Positions 55,201 through 64,000 of a stretch of 64,000 bases of DNA are shown here, one piece after another (within the stretch, counting starts at the first letter, position 1; each line of letters starts with the position of its first letter). Under the pieces are notes generated by a model that saw only the letters and a list, made by a program, of their open reading frames with translations, was not told the origin of the DNA and did not search any database. Origin of the DNA: Antedon mediterranea. Lineage: Eukaryota > Animalia > Echinodermata. The stretch lies in contig NC_092677.1 in the NCBI RefSeq assembly GCF_964355755.1, positions 24,601,175 to 24,665,174 of the forward strand. Reading direction: 5' to 3'. The position numbers and the translations under genes were made by a program.

Positions 55201-58200
55201 CACAAATGTTTCAATTAGAGGAGAATGTGGACGATTCTCTTTATCAATCGAAAGTGTACTCAATGTTATCCGTTATTGGGTAAGACTAGTAAATATGAAC
55301 GAGGACAAATATGCGAAGAAATGTTATAAATCTCAACTTCATAAAGCGCAAAATAATAGTAATTGTTGGGTAAGCGATATAAAACATATGTTATGCTCTA
55401 TTGGTCATGGAAACATATGGTTTTCACAAAATAATGTCCTTGATAAATTTTATATAATTAATAAAACAAAAGAAAGGCTAACCGATATGGAACGCCAATC
55501 CTTTCTTGAAAGCATAAATATTTCTTCAAAATTAAGATATTATAAAATGTTCAAAAACAATTTCGGAGTAGATGGATACTTACTACAGACCCTTGATACT
55601 AGATATAAGCGAGCTTTAAGTCAACTAAGACTGGGCACACTTCAACTAGAGGTAGAAAAGGGAAGATGGAAAAGAATAGAGCGCAGCAATAGGTTATGTA
55701 AAATATGTAATATAAATGAAGTTTTGTTACAGTTTGCCCTCGTTACAAGGAAATTTATATCTTCTTTATTTTTTGAAAATCCAAATACTTTTAAATTCTG
55801 CCGATTAATGTCATCACATGATCCAATAATTATTGATAATATATCTAAATATATGTATCATGCTTATAAGTTAAGATATATGTTTTGCTTAGAGAACGAA
55901 ATTAATTAATTCATTTATCTTGTGACCATAAATTGCTTTATTTTTCAATGTAATTATTATTTTGTTAATTACTATGGGCCAGAGGCCTAAAGTAAATAAA
56001 GTCAGGCGATAAGCCTGAATGAATGAATCAATGAAAACTAAAAATAGCAGACAACCGTGACAATGTTAGACTTAATATTAATGTCAAATTATGTAAATTC
56101 AGCTTTCTGATAATTGTCTGTATTTGGTTATAGAAATTTGTTGCTGCAACTGTCATCGCTGTCATCGCTCTAATCGTAGCTTGGTTTGTCTTGGGTAAGT
56201 TAGGTGTATTTATCTTTTGTATGGTTAGTTTGAGGGTTGGTTGGTCGATGATACTAGTAAAACACATGTGATGCGATGCTATATATTCCGCAATATTTGT
56301 ATGACACTCTGGAGAAATCTAGATACAGTCCCAAGAATCAGGTGCAAAATCCCTGTTTCATGTTTAGGTTAGTCATATGGCACATGATACAGACATCGCA
56401 TGTGATACATATGTGACATTAAAGTACTGAAATTTGGTTGGGAGAAAAGTATAGGGGAAACGGTGAAACAAAACCTCCAGCAAAGCTACTGTCTGGAAGT
56501 AAATGGGTTTTTGATTAAATTTGATTGATTTATTTTTTTATAAGAAGCATCGTTTTTTTTGGCGTATTATACAGTATAAGTATTTATTTATTTAGTATTT
56601 TATTTATCATTTTAAACATATTGTCTGGAAGTCAACAGGTTTTTGGTTAAATTTAACTGTTTACTTTGTCTTTTTTATAAGCAAAATAATTAATTTGTAT
56701 TATTAATTATTTCTGTTTTGCTTATATAATTATCAATATAAGTATTTTATTTATGTTATTAATATTTTGAATGTTAATTGAATTATAGCTCGACCAAATG
56801 CGCCTACAGTCACACTGTTGGAACAAAACCTCACTTCCATCACACTACGAATAGAAGACCCTGAATACACCGGTGGTCTTGATCTAATTGCCTACAAAAT
56901 CAGCTTTAGATATAAAAATGATGGTCAGTATGTTGGTGAATCTGAAACGTTTGATTACAGTAAGTCTACATAAAAGTAAAATAAATAAAAAACTAATTCA
57001 TTGACATTGATACAGAACATGTGCTTTATTTATCTTTTTTATATTATTCCACCAGAGGATAGAAATGAAAAAGATTTTCAAATTTACACAATCAAAGAAC
57101 TGTCACCAGCGAAACTATACAAAATCAGAGTGGCTGGCAAGAATAAATATATGTTAGGAGACCAAAGCGAAGAATTAGACGCTAGAACACTAACAGAAGG
57201 TAAGTATCGTTATTTGATGAAACATACATAACTTAAGATTTCAGTACAACAATCCATTAGACTTAAGTACCATCAAAATGTCAACATACTGTGTTGCAAA
57301 AGTTAAACAACCTGGGATGGTAATGTGAAAAAGGAAAAAGACTTTTTGAATACCAAAACGTTATCTGTTAATTGTGAATATTACATAGTTTTAAATAAAT
57401 GTGTATTGCCACCTGGCTGAAATGTGACGGAGTCTGTACTCTTTAAAAAAAACACACCTATTTTTAATCAATTATAGCTTCTCTGGATGGCTGGTTACCC
57501 CAAGTTTTTAAAATGTATTATGGAAGCTGATGAGTTGTAGATATCAATTCATGTAAAATGTGTACCTACCGGATGGTCTGATGTCACCATATGGCCACTT
57601 GAATTTAAAAAATAACTTCTTTTTTCGCTTTAGTACTAGTTAATCCCATTTAATAGAGCGCATTGCACTTATAATGCTTATCCGATTGTTCTTTCTCAAT
57701 CAATTCTCTTTCACATTCGTTGTGAAAAAAAAAAATTGAATTTGTATTACGTCATCATATTAAAAAATTAGAATAACGTGACTTACTTAATTTCGTCTAT
57801 ACAGTATATTATAAGGCAAGTGCTGCCTGGGTGGACAGGAATAAAAGTATGTAAATGGTGACGATACCTGACACGTTTCTCGGACAGGCGACGTAATTTG
57901 GTAAAGTTATCCAAAGTACCCTCCATAATTACAGCAAAATCAGATCAAAACAGTCCCTAAAGGAAGATGTTCCAACAATTTCACATATCTTTTTGTTGGA
58001 ATATACAAGCCTGTAGATATCCTCATCTAGTTGGTCAGCCTCATTCTTTGCCCTGTCAAATCCTCTCTTGACCATTTGTCTCAATATTTTATGGCAACAC
58101 GATTCCATCTTCTTTATTTCATTCTCATTTGGAAACCATGATTGTGTACCATAATAAGAGCCTGGATCTTACGCAGGCCTCTAAAACTTTCTTTCTTGTC

Positions 58201-61200
58201 TTCATATAGACATCATGATCTTTTAAAACTTCTTTTAATTCATGGAACTTTCCTACAGCACTTGATGTTCTATGGTCAGTGAAGCAGCCATCCTCTCTAT
58301 TTGTGATTGTATGCCCTAAATAAACAAAGTCTCTTACATTTTCAATATCCACTCCATTTATGTTTACTAAGGAACTTTTCTCTGCTAGATGTTGTTCACC
58401 AAACACCTGAGTCTTCGTTTTCTTCAGGGAAACATTCAACCCGTATCTTCTGCAAGTATCACAAATAATGGTCAAGATTTGCTGTGATTCTTTAACATTT
58501 TTTTAGAATAAAACAAGATCATCTGCATATAAGATCCACTTGATTATTTCCACTCCATTCTGCTTAGCTTCTTTTCTCTGTTTTTACATTAATTTGGAAT
58601 ATTATAACGAAATCCAATACCCCATCCATCAGGAAATTCCTTATCGATTTCGAATGCAGAAATTTTGAGGACAAAATCAAAATACAAATTAAAAAGGCAA
58701 GGGGATTCCTGACCACCTTGTCTGCATCTGACTCTCACTTCAAAGAAAGATTTCATCCCGTTGATGCATGCGGTTGTTCCATCATACATAGCTTTTAGAA
58801 GTGAAACAATATGTGTAGCTTTTGTCCTGAGAAGTAGAGCTTTAAAGAGTAGGTGTCTTGGTATGTGATCATATGCAGCAGTGAGATCAATATAGGTAGC
58901 AATAATTGTACCTTGATGTTTCTCGATAACAGCTCTGGTTATAAAAATAGCATCAGCAGTTGATCTATTACTGCGGAATCCAAACTGACTCTCACTTAAA
59001 TGACTTTCATACGCCCCTTTCAATCTCCATGTGATAATCTTGGATAGAATTCTTCTGAGATTTGATCCTATCGATATCCCTCAATAATTCTTGGCTTCAC
59101 TGACATTCCCCTTCTTAAAAATACGTGATCTTGCTCATCAGCCAAGAGTTAGTGACCTTCCGTGTTGTCCAGATTACAATTATAAGCATATGAAGGAATG
59201 CAAACAGGCGTTAACTTATATTGTACTTCAGTACTTCGGACTTGATGTTATCTGTTCCTCCACTTTTTTCAATTTTGAATGACTTTATAACCTCTTCTAG
59301 TTCTTTGCTAGTTAGTGGATCCTCATTAACTATACAGTCTTCATCATTGAACAACTGTGGGAAACTTCCTGGGTCTTCTAGCTCACTAGGGACACTGAAG
59401 GATTCAGGTGGGCCTGCAAAGTGTGACTCAAAATGTACTTTCAGCTTTTCCTTCTGAATTCTACTATCACTGGATTTCTTGAAGACTTTGTAATAATGTT
59501 AATGTAATATAATATTTTTAGATTCAATAACTGTCTATATTAATACCTATGTGACGTTTTTAATAAATGATAAATCTTAAAGAATCTTAAAAAATTATTT
59601 TTAAACATATAACTTGTATAATAAATACAAATGTGAATATTTTGTAGCATCTGGGATATAATTTTCATAGATATATTAAAAAGTATTGAACCCAGGATGG
59701 ACTCCTGTCAACATTGTTATTTTTATTGACCAAAGAACATGCCTATTGAACATTTATTAAACATATATACAATAAAAAACAATACGTATAGTACGGTATG
59801 TGACAAAACAATCAATTGAAAAAATTTGTTTAATTTACTAATATTTTTTACGTATTTTCGTATTTTTCAATGTGTTGTTTTATAATAATACAAAAATCTT
59901 CACCAACCATATATTAATTACGAAATCATATTTATACGATTGTAACATCATAATTAGTGGTTTACATAGTAATATATTGCGATTGCAGCCTTTGGATAAA
60001 TCAAAGAAATTTCAGATTGTATTTATTTATATGCAATAAGCATTTTTATAATAATATGTTGATATATAGCAAGGTTGTAGTTACAGTTATGTCAACTGCA
60101 ACATGATAGTATGCCTAATAATAATGTGAAGAAATTATTGGATTACAATCATTTTTCTTTTCAGATGAACTTATCCGAAACTTTCTAATAGCAGAACAGA
60201 AAAAGAAATTTCAAGATCCAAACATAAAACCGCCGACATGGAACGCTCAATATAGCAATAAATACAATATTGCACTGATGTTTACTGATCTAATATTGAA
60301 ACCAAAAATATTGAAGAAGTATAAATACCCGGATCTAGAAATCGAAAGTCCTACATCATTAAAAGAACTATTAGACATTATCAAGTCGGCGGAGTCATGT
60401 AAAGTATGCATGACAGGAGAAGGAGGAGTTGGTAAGACGACTTTACTTCAGTATATATCTTACAACTGGGCAACTGGTTCTGATTCTACATTTGACGGTA
60501 AAATATTATTTCTTATAAATGTAAGAGATATCAAGGCAGGTAAAACAATTAGAGATATGATTGTAGGGCAAGTTAATCTGGTAATTTTTAGTAAATATCT
60601 TCGTCTTCAGAAAGATAAAACAATTATAGAAACGTTTATAGATACACATGAAAAAGAATTAGTTGTGCTGTTGGATGGATTGGACGAGTTAGAATATGGT
60701 GTTGGAGGACCAAATATAATATTAAAGGGTGACGAACTGAGGGAAAGCACAGTAATTATGACATCACGACCGGGTTTTCCTAGAGACTTAGGCCTATTTA
60801 ATCATTGTGATTTAGAAGTAATAGTAGAAGGGTTTTTAGAAAATAACATTATGAAATATATTGACAAATATTTTAGACTTGTTAAAAAACCTGCGCTTGG
60901 TGATTCATTGATTGAAGAATTCAAATCTTATTCGCAATATACAATTGGTCGGGGTGGTGATCACAAAGAGATATTTGAACTCGTTCAATCACCTTTTTTA
61001 TTACTTAAAATGTGTACCATATGGGAATATGAAAAAAAAGTACCCAACAATTTTCAACACTTTTTAAAAGAAATTTTCCGTTCAGTTTTAAATCAGTACA
61101 TTAACAGAAGTGGAAACTATACTGTGAAACCGATACAAACACTAGATCACATTCCATCTGACTATAAAAATTCCATTTTATTATTAGGAAATATCAGTTA

Positions 61201-62458
61201 TATAAGTCTACAGAAAAACTTTCTTCATTTTACTAAATTGGAATTAGGAGAGCTAGTAAAAAATGATACTTTAGTTGACTTATCACTCAGATTAGGTTTT
61301 GTTTACAAAGATAATCCTGCTTTCCCGGATAGCTTTTATGAAACTTACCGATATTCACATAAGTTACTGGCAGAGGCACTAGCGGGGTTTTACTTGTCTC
61401 ACAAAATTCACTTTGAGACTTTAGATTTCAAAGAAAGTGAAATCATAAGAACTAACATTTATTTACATAAGACTATAGAATGTACAATTAGTTTTCTAGG
61501 TTCTAATGCAGACAAACTCATGAAACACTGGCTGGTGATCAATGTTTCTAATCTTTATTTATTTTCACAATATTTTAAATTTGAAAAACAGGAAGACGAA
61601 GAAAAAGTATTGGGATCCCTAGATGAATACCTCAGCAAATCCGAATTAAAACATATAAAAATACAAATTGATAGTTTAAAACGTTCCTTCAAAACGTTTT
61701 ATAATAGCAGTTCACACTTCATAAAACTTTTGAGAAAGTTGTATGAAGAACTTGAAGAATCTCCATTTAAAGTAATAGACAAAGTCAATATGTTCATAAT
61801 TAATTCAACTGAAAAGTCACCTAAAGCTGTTTGCAGACGTGTAGCGCACGTCTCACTAATAATACAACTATACAAAAATAGAAATTTTTATCGGTGGCTG
61901 TCAGTGGGAGAATTTGGCGATTATCATTTACTGGAACTAGTTCATTTATGGGATAACGAAGCTATTGAGGTTCTCTCAAATGTATGGAACATGTTTAATT
62001 TAAGTGCACAGATACGCGCGCTTGATTTCAATCCCACTAGTTTGTCAAACGGCTTGCTTTTTAGAACAAGAGGTTCTACTCCTGAACAATTAACAAATAA
62101 AAGCTTGTGCAATTTTTTTCAAATATTTCCCAATCTTCAAAGACTAATGATAAGTTCCATTGTTATTAATGATATGATTAACGAATGCAAAAGCAGTAAA
62201 ATATTTGTTTATTTCGAGAAATGTAATTTTTTTAGAAAAGTTGAATATGGAGCAATAATTGACATAATGAAAACTTCTACCCATTTACGAATTATTGATC
62301 CTAATAAATGCAAATACATATATTATAACATGGATCGCAGGGTGATGTATTTTTCACATCCTATATTTGAAAATTTGAAAGATTATGTAACTATACACAA
62401 CGAAACATGGTATGCCGATATAGAAATAGCCGAGTACATCGATGCTGGAATCATCTGA
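49232..62458 (+). CDS. Gene D: intact membrane-anchored NLR, tandem death-fold-linker-TM-FN3-NACHT-short LRR, ~1082 aa; exons 49232-49751, 50924-50982, 56134-56194, 56789-56959, 57056-57199, 60165-62458
   Basis: All donors are gtaagt or gtacgt, the phases chain correctly (1,0,1,1,1), and the summed CDS of 3249 nt has no internal stop. TM KFVAATVIAVIALIVAWFVL; FN3; GEGGVGKTT; LLDGLDE. Confidence 0.85.
50432..50498 (-). mobile_element. tRNA-derived SINE head / tRNA-Thr(AGT)-like pseudogene
   Basis: Minus strand: A-box-like tgtctgagcggt, stem-loop cagg-ctAGTga-cctg, T arm gtggg-ttcgagt-cccat. The acceptor stem does not pair. Confidence 0.5.
50720..50894 (-). mobile_element. ~175-bp 3' end copy of the RTEX-like LINE
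   Basis: Near-exact reverse complement of 55856-56030, including the (GAAT)n tail. Confidence 0.85.
53284..56030 (+). mobile_element. RTEX-like non-LTR retrotransposon, 5' truncated and frameshifted
   Basis: RT motifs GKAPGIDG, PIFKKG..P.NYRGVSL, QGGFR, FIDLKRAFDSV, QQGSPLS and LYADD; C-terminal RLGTLQLEVEKGRW..R.CKIC; (GAAT)n tail. Confidence 0.8.
56134..56194 (+). CDS. Gene D transmembrane exon
   Basis: ttggttatag acceptor and G|gtaagt donor; phase 0-1, which exactly matches the phase-0 end of linker exon 50924-50982. Confidence 0.8.
56789..57199 (+). CDS. Gene D FN3 domain (exons 56789-56959, 57056-57199)
   Basis: Paralogue of 17528-17950 with the same exon lengths (171 and 144 nt); both exons are open. 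Confidence 0.85.
57860..59490 (-). mobile_element. RTE-like LINE reverse transcriptase fragment
   Basis: SQFGFRSNRSTADAIF, IDLTAAYD, RQGGQESPCLFNLY, LYADD, GLNVSLKKTK and FVYLG motifs, spread over several frames. Confidence 0.8.
60165..62458 (+). CDS. Gene D NACHT-HD exon with minimal LRR tail
   Basis: Acceptor tttcttttcag|ATGAA is in frame with the 726-aa ORF; NACHT motifs are intact; only about 2 LRR-like units (IRALDF, FPNLQRLMI). Confidence 0.92.
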
Positions 62459-63048
62459 TACGCTGATGGCATATTGAACCTGAACGTGTATGTATGTATG
62501 TCTACAATGTAACCATAGAGTGTAAATGAAACGGAGACACATCGCAAATCATATACAGCAATAGTTTTCTGAAGGCGTGTGAAATCATCAATTACCATTT
62601 TATTCCTTTTTGTATTTTCACTCCCTTTATCGTATTATGTATATTGTTGTCTTTATATTGCTGTACTGTGTTTTGGCGTTTTTATGCATGTTTTTAACCT
62701 TTTAATTTCTAAAACATCACCATATTTAAAACAGGTTCTACATCTATATAGATATATGTTTTAATTAAAAAATAAATAAATTCCTTTAAGTAATATAAAT
62801 CCTTACGGGAGCAGTAAAACCTTTGAAGCAAGTGTATATGATAGCAACATGCGACTGGCTTGGATAACTGTGCTTCAGACACTCTCGAGAACAAGAACAT
62901 TACACATAACTTTACTGCTATTTGTACAGTATGGCTATATAAAAAAAAGTACAATAAACAGGTAATCTTAAAAAAAAAAAAAAAATCATATCACATCATT
63001 GGAGAATAATTTTAATCATACCGTACTGAATAGCAAAACATCTATGGA

Positions 63049-63095
63049 TGTTGGTTGGTTGGTTGGTTGGTTGGTTGGTTGGTTGGTTGGTTGGT
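63049..63095. repeat. (TTGG)n microsatellite
   Basis: About 11 tandem ttgg units. Confidence 0.9.
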
Positions 63096-64000
63096 CAGGT
63101 GGCAGGTGATGTATACCTATCGACCCCATGTTCTTCTTTTGAACACTTTGTTTCTTTCATTCGCTGACATAGCAAAAGTGATTATAGTTTATTTTAACCA
63201 GCCTGTTAGTGGCGATGATTCGCTGTTGTTCTGGAATGAAATAAAAGATAAATAGTAAATAAGCATGTACATGCCAAGGAATCATTAATTATCTATTATT
63301 ATGAACTAACTAAACATGCTTATTTACAAGGAGGCCTAGCAGATAATCTACTGGTTGTTGGCTATTATAATATAACAGATATCGCCTTTTATATCGGTTA
63401 AATAAAAGATTTGACATATCCTCGGGAATGATATTTTGCTCTTGTAAATATATATTATATACATTCCCTCGAGCAAATTATCATTCCCTCGAGAATGTCA
63501 AATCTTTATATTTCACCTCTCTCTAAGCAGGCAATATCTGTATAATAAGATAATATATAATAATTATATATAAGATATATGTCCACGGGATAGAAAAATC
63601 CACATAAAATAACGGTGATGATGCACAATTTAGAGGGATACATTCACTCTTGTGGAGGACATTTTGGTGTGAACCTAAGTGACATAAGCTTTGGTGTTTG
63701 ACATGCTTGCTTATTGTCATTGGTTCCAGATCCTGCATATTACCAGCATTGATTACAGTGCCATGATTTAGAGATTTATTTTAAACAATTGTATTAATGT
63801 GCATTTTAAGTTACCATTGCCGCCAATTAAATCTTACGTTTTAGTATCATTTATTGTTTTTTTTAATTATTTTATTAACAATAGAGTATTAATAATTGAT
63901 TTTGATTTTTATAGTTATCAAAATTACTGTATTATAAGTTTTAATGTTGTTGAATGATAGATACCTAAGTAAGCAGATACTCCATATACTGTATGTACCT

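Noticed and set aside
63055-63255. 66-aa ORF MVGWLVGWLVGW...
   Set aside because: It is a translation of the (TTGG)n microsatellite.

Overview
AT-rich, intron-containing animal genomic DNA, probably from a marine invertebrate (echinoderm-like; this is inference only). The window is an innate-immune gene cluster on the + strand, interleaved with transposons. I assembled the gene models by hand from splice sites and intron phases. Gene A (partial, 376-8727) has four tandem cassette TM-type mini-exons, then ZU5-UPA (FIIND-like, HF|C motif), then a C-terminal two-helix membrane anchor. Genes B (13158-29133), C (35336-~40300, LRR part broken) and D (49232-62458) are NACHT/LRR NLRs. In all three, a single hydrophobic exon lies between the N-terminal tandem death-fold (DED-like) exon and the NACHT exon; B and D also carry a two-exon FN3 domain there. 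There is no signal peptide, basic residues precede the TM, and N-glycosylation sequons are enriched and positionally conserved after the TM. Together these suggest 'inside-out' type II membrane NLRs with cytosolic death folds and a luminal or extracellular FN3-NACHT-LRR. This is the main candidate novel system. Mobile elements include an Academ DNA transposon (TAG termini, ACT TSD), a Gmr1-type Gypsy (integrase before RT), RTEX/RTE/CR1-L2-like LINE fragments, Helentron-like HINEs, Harbinger-type MITEs and tRNA-derived SINE heads.
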